From Fistulifera solaris (Eukaryota): DNA of 64,000 nt. The position numbers and the translations under genes were made by a program. The notes beneath the pieces were generated by a model. That model was given only the letters and a program-made list of their open reading frames with translations, ran no database searches and was not told the DNA's origin. This document shows, piece by piece, positions 13,091 through 25,193 of the stretch. The stretch spans positions 1,240,001 to 1,304,000 of the forward strand of contig AP026131.1 in the NCBI GenBank assembly GCA_030295235.1. Reading direction: 5' to 3'. Positions within the stretch are counted from its first letter, which is position 1; each line of letters begins with the position of its first letter.

Positions 13091-14422
13091 TCAGTTGAAA
13101 AACCACAAATCCTTTCCTTCGGTACGTCCTATACTTCGAACATTGCATTCGAGGGCACCGTTCGTTCGATACATGGCCACACAAACGACGACGGGTAGTT
13201 GTGACAACAGTGTCATGTCGAGTTTCGATTTACCCAAATACGTCAATCTTTGTTTTTTCAACGGAGGTTCGGTTAATTCCGTTGTCGCTATCTTTATCGA
13301 TGACAACGGACGTCCCTTGTCAATACGACCCTCCCTGGAATCGTCTTGTTCACACCACGCCTGGTGCAACTGATTCCTTGTTTCAGCATTGTGTGCCAAG
13401 AGCGAAAAATGAACGATTGGAATGTTCATATAGTGCTGAATGTTTATAATTTTCTGATCATCGACATCAGCAAAACAATAGACGCGTGCTTGCAATTCCG
13501 GCGTCAAGGCCTTGTAAAAATCTTTTCCATCCCGTCCGGCACCCCAAATACAAAAGTAGGTCTGGGGATCACTGCCTACATTCCACGCTTGTCGCAAAAC
13601 GGATTGGGAAAAGGCGCCCACACGGATGCGCAACAACAATTTTCGAGGCGTTGCGGAACTCTGGGACTGACCGGGAACGTGTCGATACACGACCAAGGGT
13701 TTGCGTACTACTTTCAACAATCCATCGTGTTGAATGTGCGTATAAAAGAATCGTAAATCTTCCGCGAGACGGAGTGTTTGGGGTGTTTCAAACGTTGGAT
13801 CGACCAAGGCGGGAAGCGGATCCTCCGGTAAGGGTGCTTCAATGTAACCACCAAATTCGTGAAAACGCGATTTCCACATCATCCACGTCGGTTGTATGAT
13901 GGTGACTTCCCGAAATTGTTCGAGCCACAGCCGTTCGTCGGACAAGGAATTGGCCCATTGCGTATAATGCCACGTCGCCTCGGGTGGATCGCGGGTGAAC
14001 TGACATCCCAACAACGTTCGTGACTGTTCATCATTCGGTAATTGCATCAAGTAGTCGACCTGCTCCGCAACCCGCGTCGGCATCATACGATCATCGGCAT
14101 CGAGCCAACACAAAATGGTCTTTTGAGAAGAAGCATACATGTCCACGGCGCGATTGCGGGCGTATCCGGCCCCCCGACTCATCTCGTGACGTTCCAGATG
14201 CAACGTCGCTGAAATCATGGTATCGTTGGTTATTTCTTGCTGGAGGGACTGCAACAAGTCCCAACTGTCGTCGGTCGATCCATCATCGAAACAACACACA
14301 TGAATTTCGATATTCCATGTCGGACAAGACTGCTGCCGCAGGGCCGATTGGACTGTTTCGACAATCGTCGATGCAGCATTGTGCACCGGAATAATGATTT
14401 GGACGGCAATGGTTTCCGACAT
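13091..14422 (-). CDS. B3GNTL1: GT2 glycosyltransferase, B3GNTL1/QTGAL-like
   Basis: IIIPVHNAA, FDDGSTDDS, GAGYARNRAV, CWLDADD, EVTIIQPTW, AEDLRFFY, IWGAGRDGKDFYKAL, CFADVDDQKI, and a B3GNTL1-like C-terminus (VVVCVAMYRTNGALE...EGKDLWFFN). Confidence 0.8.
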   Translation of the reverse strand: MSETIAVQIIIPVHNAASTIVETVQSALRQQSCPTWNIEIHVCCFDDGSTDDSWDLLQSLQQEITNDTMISATLHLERHEMSRGAGYARNRAVDMYASSQKTILCWLDADDRMMPTRVAEQVDYLMQLPNDEQSRTLLGCQFTRDPPEATWHYTQWANSLSDERLWLEQFREVTIIQPTWMMWKSRFHEFGGYIEAPLPEDPLPALVDPTFETPQTLRLAEDLRFFYTHIQHDGLLKVVRKPLVVYRHVPGQSQSSATPRKLLLRIRVGAFSQSVLRQAWNVGSDPQTYFCIWGAGRDGKDFYKALTPELQARVYCFADVDDQKIINIQHYMNIPIVHFSLLAHNAETRNQLHQAWCEQDDSREGRIDKGRPLSSIKIATTELTEPPLKKQRLTYLGKSKLDMTLLSQLPVVVCVAMYRTNGALECNVRSIGRTEGKDLWFFN

Positions 14423-15878
14423 GATATAAAATAAGGACCGAAAGAAGAATAAAAGCGAAACGGAAAATGTCTCATTTTTTGGCAGACCATTTGGATCTTT
14501 TATTGCTCGCGAGCGAAGCATGAATCTAAAGAGCGAAGCGAGCGATGGGCAGACGCCGAAAGGCGTCTTTCTCAATAAAATCTCGCATTTCGTTCGCACA
14601 AAACTGCTTTTCTCAATAAATTCTTTCGTCGCGAACGACAACAAAGTAGATTTACCAATCGAATTTCGCCTCAATCGAGTTCTTCTTTTCACTACAATAC
14701 TCTTCATTTGACCATAATTAATCATGAGCAGTCACATGGCGATCGGTGATGAAAAGAGCGTCGATTTGTCTGTTTGGAGGATACGCCGACGATCGAAAAT
14801 TCATAGTCGACTGAGAAAACTTCGCCGAGAATGCCCACCGGAATCCGGTTTCCATGTTGATGTGACTTCATGGCTATGTTCAAAACTATTCTACTCCAAA
14901 TTCTAGCGTTCTCGCAAGAAAAGACTTTTTTGTGTCACAGTCCTGCTCTTCACTTTTCGCGTCAAAGTTTTCTGTCCCCTTGCGACGAATCTCCAGCTTG
15001 TCTCGAGCGACAGAACCGCTTAAGTTCAATACCCTATAACTTTCTAGTGACGAAAACTTTGTTGTAAAGTATTAATTAGCAATGCTAGTCAATTTCTCCA
15101 CTATTATATCACTTTCGGGACCAAACTGATCCGCGGCTTTGTACGCGAAATGTGTTTCACGTAATGCGGAAATGAATCCATTTGTAGACCATCCGAATGT
15201 GACTATTATCACTCACTTTTCTATTCCAGAACTAAAGGTTTTGCGGACGCCGAGATAAAGGGGGAGCAAAGCTCCTCATTCTCACAAAGATGCTGCTACT
15301 TTCTCTCCATAAAACTATTTTGAAGCGCTAACTTGTGTTTTAAGGTATTTACTAGTATTATTCCTCAATTTTACTTCCAGATTACGAGGATCTCAGATTA
15401 TGGCAATAATAGGATGATCGAAAAAGTGACTATGGATCGTCATTTTTGAAACCCGCCCGCCCGGATCGCGTACAGGCGGCTAAAAGTGGGCTTTTGGATG
15501 ACGCATTTTGATTGGCTGATTCGCTCGTTTTTGGATCGAAGCCATCTGATTGGCTGGATCCAAAAAGTGTTTTGGATGGAATGTCGCTTTGGTATGTCTT
15601 CTTTCTAAGTAAGTCCGACGACGTACGGTCCAAAAGGTCCACCAGCCATGCCACCAGCATGGTTCAACTGCACATTTTTTCAAAAAATATTTTCGTGGTG
15701 TATGTATTAGTACCGGTACGACTATTGGACATGGCATGTTTAGCGATTGATGTGAATGCAATAAAAAAGGGCGGCGCACACCTTTCATTTTTCTACTCCG
15801 TAGTCTATTAGCCACTTATTTTTTGTTGTCTAGATAATTCTTCCTATGATAAACCTGTCAAATGCACTCTAATCAATC

Positions 15879-17987
15879 ATGAGACGCCTGGGACGACCCC
15901 TTTCTCGCCTCCAACATTGGCTCATTTCGTCTCCGCCTGCCTATGTGAGGACAGTGACGACGACCGTTCCGAGGACGACGGAGAGTCTTTCGGTCAAAGT
16001 ACAGTCTCTATTGACGCAGAAAGATACCATGACTCCCTCTCAATGGCAACTGGGGGACAAAACGTTGCAATTGTTGTCGCAACAACCCGACAAGGGAGAA
16101 TTGGCGGAAGCCTTGTTGGAGCGCATGGTGTCGGAAGCTTCTCCCGAACAACCTGTCACGGTATGGTATCGATGGGTCATGCGGGCGTGGGCCTTGACGA
16201 CAACTTCTACCGACACAACAACAGAAAATCAATTACCCTATTCCGTCTTTCGGGCGCATCAATTACTCGAAAAGATGCAACAACGGCACCTTCTTCAGCA
16301 ACATGCGGCCCCCGACATTGCCGTCTACGATGCCTTCTTGTATGTCTGTGCGGCATCGCGTCCCTATTCCGCGGCCGTCGCCATATTGGCACAATCTCTC
16401 GTCCAACGGTTGGAACAGACCGGCGACCCGTATCCTTCCACCTTGTCGTACAACAATGTCTTGACCATTCTGTTGCAATCCCCCCAGTATGGTGCCGCCA
16501 GTCACGCCGAAGATTGGCTTTTGCGATTGTCGGAACACAGTGCTTCCGGTTTGGGACCCGCCCAACCCAATACCCAATCCTTCAATCGGGTCTTGCACGC
16601 GTGGAAAGCTCAGGCGCCCGATCGGGCGTACGCGATTCTGCAATTCATGAAACAACACAACAGCATAGCACCCGATGTTGTATCGTTTGCCACCGTCCTA
16701 CATGCGTATCGAGACGATCCGGAAACGGCGGAACAAGTCTTTCAAGAAGCGTTACAGTATTTTTCGCAAACGAAGATCGATTTGACGCAATGTTTGGATG
16801 CGGTCCTGATCGCGTGGGCCTATAGTCGTCGGGACGATGCAGTGGAAAAGGTGCAAGCCTTGTTGCGAAATGCGTACGATGTGCCGCAATTACATCCCAC
16901 GGCGGCCACGCATCGGATCTGTTTGCAGGCGTTTTTTCAAAACGGCGACGTCGATGCCGCGACACAGTATTTGTACGAAATGATTGCGGCGGGTCGTCCG
17001 TTGGACAGTAACGCGCCCAGTATTGTTACCACCGATGCCTTTCATGTTGTATTACAAGGTTGGTTGGACAGTGGGCGTCCCGAGGCACTGGAACAATCAC
17101 AAGAATTGTTGCAAGTCATGATGGAACTGTCACACGAACTTCCGTGTGCACCCGAAGTGAGCACGTTTGTGCGCTGCTTGCAAATGGTCTGGAACCACAA
17201 AGGATCACCCCAATCCGCTTTACAAATTTTGGAACAAGCGGAACAACGCCAAATGGTGAATTTTTACACCTACAAATGGGTGTTGCAAATTTTGGAACGG
17301 TCTCCGTCGTATGCGTTTGTGGCGTACGATGTCTTGCAGCGAGCGTTGTCGAACGTCAAAGTGGAATCCACGGCATTGCATCGTTTGACGATGGATACTT
17401 TATTGAAAAACCGATCGTTGTCCGCCATGGAATTGGCGTTGCAGTTATTGTTGCACGAGTTCCCCGATCAATCAATACGAGCTTTGGAATTGTCGTACGT
17501 GAGTGTCTTACAAGCATTCGCCCGCACGGCACGAGCGGGAGCCGTCGCGATAGAAGTGTATCAACACATTTGTCAAAATAAGCCATCCATTCGGTACAAT
17601 GCGACGATCAGGAATGCCATTCTGCAGACCATGGTACAGAGTGAGGATTATCAAATACGAGCTTGCGATGTCTTGCAAGAAATGGTGTCGGATAGCCAGG
17701 GTCCCGATCGTGCTTGCTTGGATGACTTTTTGGGGACCCTGCTGTTACGTGTCGAGGCTAGCAAAAAGAAACAAAATGTACAATCAGCATTAACGAAACG
17801 CATCATACAGCTACTGGAGTTGTTAGTCGAACAACATCGACAAAACATCATTGAGGACTGCCCTTCTCTTTCGATCTTTCGCAGGGTGTATGATCTCTGC
17901 AATTCAAAAGAAGAAGCGCAGAAGATAAAAACATGGGCACGGACCTGTTACCCTCCTGAGAGACTTGAAGAGAAAGCGAATCGATGA
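15879..17987 (+). CDS. Pentatricopeptide-repeat-like protein, probably organelle-targeted
   Basis: 702-aa ORF with recurring PPR-type units (PDIAVYDAFL, PSTLSYNNVL, PNTQSFNRVL, PDVVSFATVL) and an Arg-rich N-terminus. Confidence 0.75.
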   Translation: MRRLGRPLSRLQHWLISSPPAYVRTVTTTVPRTTESLSVKVQSLLTQKDTMTPSQWQLGDKTLQLLSQQPDKGELAEALLERMVSEASPEQPVTVWYRWVMRAWALTTTSTDTTTENQLPYSVFRAHQLLEKMQQRHLLQQHAAPDIAVYDAFLYVCAASRPYSAAVAILAQSLVQRLEQTGDPYPSTLSYNNVLTILLQSPQYGAASHAEDWLLRLSEHSASGLGPAQPNTQSFNRVLHAWKAQAPDRAYAILQFMKQHNSIAPDVVSFATVLHAYRDDPETAEQVFQEALQYFSQTKIDLTQCLDAVLIAWAYSRRDDAVEKVQALLRNAYDVPQLHPTAATHRICLQAFFQNGDVDAATQYLYEMIAAGRPLDSNAPSIVTTDAFHVVLQGWLDSGRPEALEQSQELLQVMMELSHELPCAPEVSTFVRCLQMVWNHKGSPQSALQILEQAEQRQMVNFYTYKWVLQILERSPSYAFVAYDVLQRALSNVKVESTALHRLTMDTLLKNRSLSAMELALQLLLHEFPDQSIRALELSYVSVLQAFARTARAGAVAIEVYQHICQNKPSIRYNATIRNAILQTMVQSEDYQIRACDVLQEMVSDSQGPDRACLDDFLGTLLLRVEASKKKQNVQSALTKRIIQLLELLVEQHRQNIIEDCPSLSIFRRVYDLCNSKEEAQKIKTWARTCYPPERLEEKANR

Positions 17988-18031
17988 TGGAGCCGATGAT
18001 TAAAAATAGAAAGAATAATCATAATTTACAC

Positions 18032-18664
18032 TTATCTAGAGTCCAACTTTTCTATTGTGGATTGTAACAGTTCATATAAGGCTTCCGTCGATTGAATGTG
18101 CGTTAGTTGCATCATCTGCTTTTGCAAAACACCGTGACGGTACAAAAAGAGACACGGTAGATTGTGCAACGGCCAGTTTCCTTCGATTATGGCTTGTTGA
18201 TACGGAATGAATACAAATTGCATGCCGCTGGTCGCGCGCGCTACTTCTTGAACGGCTTGTTCGATGCGACCGGTGCGTTCGGTGTCGGAGGACGTCAAAC
18301 ACACCACGACCCATTGTTGCAGGGAAGCTTCATTGACGTGTCGATGCCATTCATTGCGTTGAATATACTGCACCGAGGAGGCTTGTTGTTGTCGTTGTTG
18401 TCGATACCGTTGCATAATTTCCTCGTCATCGGAGAAAGAATCATCATCCACATCACTGGTAGTGGGATCTACAGTCACATTCGTGGCTTCCCGCAACGCC
18501 ACCAATCGCTGGGCTTCTTCCAAGGAAGCACCTTTGGCCAAAAACACTTGCGTAGGTGTCACAATGTCGCGTTGCAACAAGGCATCGTCGAATTCCGTCG
18601 TGGCGGTACTATAGGCATACGAGGGTTTGTCGGTTGCGTAATTCGTGACACCGGATCCTTCCAT
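18032..18664 (-). CDS. Phosducin-like protein (PLP2/PDCL3 type)
   Basis: TEFDDALLQRDIV, acidic linker, MQRYRQQR, thioredoxin-like C-terminal domain (VNEAS...WVVVCL...NLPCLFLYRHG). Confidence 0.85.
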   Translation of the reverse strand: MEGSGVTNYATDKPSYAYSTATTEFDDALLQRDIVTPTQVFLAKGASLEEAQRLVALREATNVTVDPTTSDVDDDSFSDDEEIMQRYRQQRQQQASSVQYIQRNEWHRHVNEASLQQWVVVCLTSSDTERTGRIEQAVQEVARATSGMQFVFIPYQQAIIEGNWPLHNLPCLFLYRHGVLQKQMMQLTHIQSTEALYELLQSTIEKLDSR

Positions 18665-18924
18665 TTCTTGTAATGGGAATAATTGAAGGAAGAAAGGAAG
18701 AATGATTGTGATAAAATAATGAATGAAAAGGATCCGTCACTTTTCCGTTGGAAAAGTCACGCGCACGGAGGATTTCGAAATATTCGTATTTCATCTACGA
18801 CAGGTCTTTATCGATGGTTCTTTTTCGATAAAAAGGATACCTGCTTTATTTCTAAGCATATGGATTTTATTTCAAGTGAAACGAATGGATATTGATTGTT
18901 TTACGGCATTTACAACTTTTGGCT

Positions 18925-20444
18925 TCGGCTTGCCGCCGCCTACGACGACCCCAGTACACTTTCTACGCAGACGATGCTTCGGCGCTCTCATGTCTCTTTT
19001 CTAGGTTTTGACAAGCGTCAACCATCCCTCGGACACCCACCTCTCACGGAAATTATCGCAGTTTGTATATTCAAAGGTTCATTAGGCGATTAGAGAACCT
19101 AAGCATCGGAGAAGCATGTTTTTCATGCAGATACACATTTGAAGGCCGCTCGCCGCTGCCTACGACGATCCCAGTACACTTTCTACGGAGACGACGCTTC
19201 GGCGCTCTCACGTTACTTTCTTTGGTCTTGACACACGTCGACCATCCCTCGGACACCTAGCTCTCACGGAAATCATCGCATTTTCAACTTATATCAAGGG
19301 TTCACTAATCGAATAGAAAACCTAAGCATGGAGAACAAAAGCATGGAGAATCAATCACAGCATCGGAGAACACAACACACGGGCAATTCTAAGCATCGAA
19401 GAAGCAGGCTATGTATGAATTAGCAAGTTTGACCTCGGCTCGCTGCCGCCTACAACGATCCCAGTACACTTTCTACGCAGACGACGCTTTGGCGCTCTCA
19501 CGTTACTTTCTTTGGTCTTGACACACGTCGACCATCCCTCGGACACCTAGCTCTCACGGAAATCATCGCATTTTCAACTTATATCAAGGGTTCACTAATC
19601 GAATAGAAAACCTAAGCATGGAGAACAAAATCATGGAGAATCAATCACAGCATCGGAGAATACAACACACGGGCAATTCTAAGCATCGAAGAAGCAGGCT
19701 ATGTATGAATTAGCAAGTTTGACCTCGGCTCGCTGCCGCCTACAACGATCCCAGTACACTTTCTACGCAGACGACGCTTCGGCGCTCTCACGTTACTTTC
19801 TTTGGTCTTGACACACGTCGACCATCCCTCGGACACCTAGCTCTCACGGAAATCATCGCATTTTCAACTTATATCAAGGGTTCACAAATCGAATGGAGAA
19901 CCTAAGCATGGAGAACAAAAGCATGGAGAATCAATCACAGCATCGGAGAACACAACACACGGGCAATTCTAAGCATCGAAGAAGCAGGCTATGTATGAAT
20001 TAGCAAGTTTGACCTCGGCTCGCTGCCGCCTACAACGATCCCAGTACACTTTCTACGCAGACGACGCTTTGGCGCTCTCACGTTACTTTCTTTGGTCTTG
20101 ACACACGTCGACCATCCCTCAGACACCTAGCTCTCACGGAAATCATCGCATTTTCAACTTATATCAAGGGTTCACTAATCGAATGGAGACCCTAAGCATG
20201 GAGAACAAAAGCATGGAGAATCAATCACAGCATCGGAGAACACAACACACGGGCAATTCTAAGCATCGAAGAAGCAGGCTATGTATGAATTAGCAAGTTT
20301 GACCTCGGCTCGCTGCCGTCTACAACGATCCCAGTACACTTTCTACGGAGACGACGCTTCGGCGCTCTCACGTTACTTTCTTTGGTCTTGACACACGTCA
20401 ACCATCCCTCGGACACCTAGCTCTCACGGAAATCATCGCATTTT
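18925..20444. repeat. Tandem array: four 290-bp units plus a partial unit, preceded by a diverged ~220-bp unit
   Basis: GATCCCAGTACACTTTCTACG recurs with period 290 (units start 19151, 19441, 19731, 20021, 20311); diverged copy at 18931. Confidence 0.95.
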
Positions 20445-21083
20445 TGACAACAAAATCGGATGTCCATTTTTGATGGGCAACCAGTCTGAATCAGTTCTAG
20501 CGGTCTACTTCGACAAGAGTAGATCCCTACAACGTGGATAGGACTTAAAATATAATTTCAAATTGTTATTGTTATGGAAAGGATCCGTCACAACGCGGTC
20601 GCCCGCACGTTGGTGCTTCGTACTATCAAAATCCGTCGAAATGTCGTTACGGTACGGTATCACAGAGACGATCGAGATCACGATCGCGACAAGTGTTGAC
20701 GGTCCTGCAAGCCAATCTAAAAGATTCGGTACGATGTAGACTTGGTTATTCTCGTCGCTGATGAATGTTGAATGTAAAGGCGGGGCATTCGGTTGTTCTT
20801 CTTGCAAACCTTTCAACGAATGGTGTGAAGTGTACCAGGTAGTGTGGTGCATTACTAACGACTGACACAGTCGTGAATCGACTTACCGTCTGTCCGACTG
20901 CGCGGAGAGAGTGACACGTGTCCGCCACTTTTGCAAGAGCGATTTTTTTCATTGCGACGAAAAACGCCACAACATCATCTTTGTCAACCTTTTGCATCAC
21001 TACGAATATCATTTCTCCGTCGGTGTTTTATTTCTTTCATTTCGGCACTCGTCTATTCCTTTTAGACACAACAATACGCAATC

Positions 21084-21796
21084 ATGATTCATCGACTCGC
21101 GTTCTCCCTACTATTTCTCGCGTCGACGGAGGCATTTTGCGTGACACCTCATCGTCACTCGAGCACCGTTTTGCGCGCCGAAAGCAATGATATTTTAAAT
21201 TCTCCCGCCTTTTTGCAACGCAAATTTGAAGTCCTACAAACGGATTTACAGAAAGCCGAAGATGCCCTCGCGGCGGCACAACAACGCCTCGAAGAAGGCA
21301 AAGCCGAATGGGGACCCCAACTGGCGGATTTGCAAACCGAGGTGCGTAGTATTCAGTAATGTGGGTGAGACAAAGACGCTTGTGCAGAAACAGTAAACTC
21401 ACATTAGCTCTATAGTACCAAAACATTCAAAAACGCATGAACGAACAAAGCAAAGGTGGAGATAGCATGGCGACGGTGCAGGTGGCCCGCAATATGCTCA
21501 ATGTCTTGGACAATTTCGATCGTGCCTTTGGTGCCGTTCAGCCATCGAATGACGAAGAATTGGCGATTGAAGCGGAATACAAGGGGACGTACCAAATGAT
21601 GTTGGACGCCTTTGCGGAAATGGGTGTCGAAGAAATTCCGACCGTCGGCGTGGAATTTGATTACCAAGTCCATCAAGCCGTTATGCAAAAACCGTCGGAC
21701 GAATATGAAGAAGGCATTGTGTGTGAAGAGTTTCAAAAAGGATTCAAATGTGGGGATAGTTTAGTCCGTGCTGCCATGGTCGCGGTGGCCGTGTAA
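21084..21796 (+). CDS. grpE: Plastid-targeted GrpE co-chaperone; intron 21342-21415
   Basis: Signal peptide plus TEA-F motif; NMLNVLDNFDRA, VGVEFDYQVHQAV, EEFQKGF..GDSLVRAAMVAVA; GT..AG intron restores the frame. Confidence 0.92.
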
Positions 21797-21942
21797 AGGA
21801 ATCGCTAGATGTTTGTAGGAAAACCACTCTCTCTAGAGAGATATGCATTGCCGTAGCTTCTTCTAAGATAACACTACTAGTAATGAAACAAACAGCACTT
21901 TGATCAAAGGGCAATCTTGCCAACCGTAAGTAAGCGGACGGC

Positions 21943-23220
21943 TTATAGAAGGAAAAATATTGAAATTCTATATGGGATACTGAAAAGATCCATTAACGAC
22001 GCATCCAAATGTTGATGCAAATACGTGATATCGTCGGCGGTCAAATTGTGTTTTCTGAGCTCAGCTGAAGCGGTTTTGGTAATGGCACGGATCCAATTGG
22101 TACCACTTCCGTGATTCTTACTTGTGTTGATTTGATATCGTAAGGGTTCACGGACGGTGGCACCCACGCAATGGGCGATTTGGGTCAAGACTTGTTTGGG
22201 TTGAAAAACCAAACTTAACAGGAAAGTGAATGAGTGAGTCATCATGACTGCAAGCCTATGGTAGTGTTGTCGACTTAAGCATAAACTTACTCTTCGTATC
22301 GAACTGTACAAGGAGAGAAAAAAAACACAAAAGTAACGATGGATACATGATCAGAAGAGACTCCTATAAGCTCTACACAAACACGCAAAAGACTTACTGA
22401 ATAAGACGGGATAATCGGCGTTCATGTATTGCAAATGATAGTCGGACCACAAATGCGCCAAACTATCGAATTCAAATTGCGACTCGGCATCGTATTTGAC
22501 CCGAACACCGAACGCACTATCGTTGGGCAAATGACGATAAAATTGACGATCCAGTTCATCGGGTACTAAATTGGGACAATGGTGCGTCCCGTGTCGCCAT
22601 TTTGCCGCGTATGGATTCGCACACATGGATTGCATCCACGCCAAAGGATCCCGAATAATGACGACCGGCAAGACGTGTTCTTTGTTGTGTTGTTCCATCT
22701 CGTGCGCGGTATGTTCCCATTTGACTTGGGCCATGCGATGTTTGCCCCATGGAACTTGCCACAATGTTTTAATGCCTTGAATATTGCGTGTGAATTGCGT
22801 ATTTAACAAATTGGTGCCCGTATTGAACAATCCAGCGACGGCCAAAATACGGTCTTTGGGATTGGGGACGTGTTGTCGAAAGGTTTCGCACTGCTCTTGA
22901 CCGTGTACGATAATGTCATCACCGTATAAATCAATGACGTGTTGCCATTTCGGAAGTTGTTGTCGTTCTTCTTCGGATAGTGAAGAAAGTGCTACGCCGG
23001 CATCTTGCAGTAACCACAGTATGCGGTCTTGGCTGTCGAGAGTCGTACTGTTGAATCTGGTAGCCCGAGATAAGCCTTTAAAATCGGCTAATCCTCGCTC
23101 TAAAACACTTTGGGGTACATCCGTACTTTGCAAAGGATCAAAAAGTTGCAACAGCGACAAAAAGGATGCGAACGATAGTAAGATGCTAATGACCGTTCCG
23201 GACCGGGCATTGCGGGGCAT
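21943..23220 (-). CDS. Type II membrane protein, sulfotransferase-like (tentative); spliced and/or frameshifted near the 3' end
   Basis: N-terminal anchor, VAGLFNTGTNLL (PSB-loop-like), WQVPWGKH, VVIIRDPLAWMQSMC; 3' end approximate. Confidence 0.6.
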
Positions 23221-23702
23221 TGGGTTTTGTCAAGTATCTGATTTTCAAGATGCCGCTGCTTTTGTTTACGTTTTCAGTCAGCTGGTTTTTAATCAAAAGA
23301 ATGATTCTTCCACAAATTACGTTAGCGTTGTCTTTGTTTCCGTTCGGTCTTCTTATAATATTCGCCATGGTGGCGTTTTCAAAAACAGGAAAAACTCACA
23401 CAAGAAAATCGCGGATAGCGTACTTGTAGTAAAGTTCGGTACCGGTAAGTTAGCTGGTAAGGTTTGACGTATACCGTAGTGGTACTCGTCTTCCAAGTTC
23501 CAAGTGAAACACTGTTGAACGGAAATACGGTACCATTGATAATCAAATCCAGTCTACTTGTTTTGGCAAGATGATCGCCCCTTGCTTTATTATTTCGCCT
23601 CCAGGTTTTTCTAAGTCATGAAAGAATGGAAAAGTAATATAATCTAAAAGCAGTCTTTCTCTCTCTCTAGTCTCCCTCCACGCCCGTCGAGCTTCTTCAC
23701 GA

Positions 23703-24769
23703 TCATGTTCTTCGCGATCCCAACGGAACTCCCCGAAAAACACCCAATCCAGGTCGTAGTTGACGCGCTAGTTTACCGAAAATTGGTGGCTTGATGGCCG
23801 ATTCCGCAATATCTCGAACATAGACAATCTTTCGACTTTTTGGATCCAATTCATAAAATGAAATTCCCTTGATGGAATCGGGAATATCCCCTAGAACAAC
23901 TTCCCACGTAAAACACGCCGAATCTTGTCCATCGTCATAGCGGAGGGGTCGAAAGGTGATGCCCGGAAAGGAAAAGTCTTGCGTGAATTCCAGTACTTGT
24001 TGGGGTCCCCGGAGAGGTTCTTCAAAATTGAAATCGTGATACACGACATTGTCACTCCAAAATCGCATCATGTAATTCTGGGCGATTTGCGGATCGGCGG
24101 CTTGCAAATCTTCAAACAAGTATTTCACCAATTCACACGCAATGGTAGGATTCTTTTCCTCGAATGGCTGAAAGGGTTTCCAGGTTTCTCCGGCCGTCAA
24201 GGCCTTTAATAAATCTTTCGTGGCATCCCCGGGTTTGTACAAGGGCTCCGGAAATTCACTCACGTATTCAATTTCCCCCTTTTCATTCAATTGCACCAAG
24301 GTCGTTCCGCGCAATCCTTCTTCTTGTGGAGTCACCCACGTCCATAAGAATCCACACGCTCGATCACCATCGGTGATTTTATCCAAACGAATTGTTCCTT
24401 TGCCTTGTTTTTGAGTTACTCGTTGAAGTAAATGTTGGATGACGGCCTGCGTCCGAACGCGTGAGACTATAGAGCCTCGATATAGAAATCCATTTCCACC
24501 CTGCGACGTACCGATTTCCCCTGCAAGGGTTGTGCCTCGAATCGATCTTCATAAACGACATTGTACGCACAAACATCACCAAACGCACGTACACCGGCTT
24601 CTGTCGAGAAACAATCGTGTTCTTCGAACAACGATTGGATTAAATCGCGGGCGCGCGACGATGCCGACAATAAGGTCCACCACGATGCACGACGGGGAGA
24701 CGGCGTTGTTGTCGGGACAAATGCCACAACGCTGCACGCGATGCCAAATAAGACAAGCAATCGTACCAT
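23703..24769 (-). CDS. Plastid-targeted protein with tandem SnoaL/NTF2-like domains, frameshifted
   Basis: Signal plus VVA-F leader; repeated module (NVVYEDRFEAQPLQG / NVVYHDFNFEEPLRG; ACGFLWTW / SACFTWEV). Confidence 0.7.
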
Positions 24770-25193
24770 CCTAAGAAAAGCGAATGTTCGTTTGAATCTT
24801 TTTTGGTATATAGGTTTCCTGCTGTGCAAATAACAATGCTGGCAACAAATGCAACAAAATCATGCCATGAGAAAGGTTTGCTACTCCGCGGTCACGCGCG
24901 TATCAAAACTCATGGTCCTACGTCATCGGCCGACAAGTGGAATGAATAATTTTTTTGGATCTGACCGGTACTCCATTGTTGCTTTAAACGCTTATAGTTG
25001 AAAACCGAATTCGACGTCGGACGATCTTTCGTGACACCCCTCTCACACCCCGCTCACATATCAACACCAACAAATAGCAAAAACGCATCTCGCTTCAATT
25101 TACTTGTTGCTTCGGAATATACAGTTCCATAACCAATAATAGGTCGAAGTATCTTCCCCATTTCTTTTCTTTCTTTTTTTCTCGACTAAAAGT

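Noticed and set aside
14423..14725. N-terminal extension of the glycosyltransferase ORF
   Set aside because: Reads like UTR or promoter sequence; the GT2 domain begins right after the Met at 14422
15917..16825. 302-aa alternate-frame ORF and the many similar overlapping or antisense ORFs
   Set aside because: Shadow frames of genuine genes with no recognisable domains
18925..20444. CRISPR, 5S rRNA or tRNA interpretation of the tandem array
   Set aside because: Whole units repeat with no unique spacers; only a short, weak resemblance to 5S; no T-loop or cloverleaf
20505..21012. Short minus-strand ORFs next to the array
   Set aside because: No recognisable motif; not enough support to call a gene
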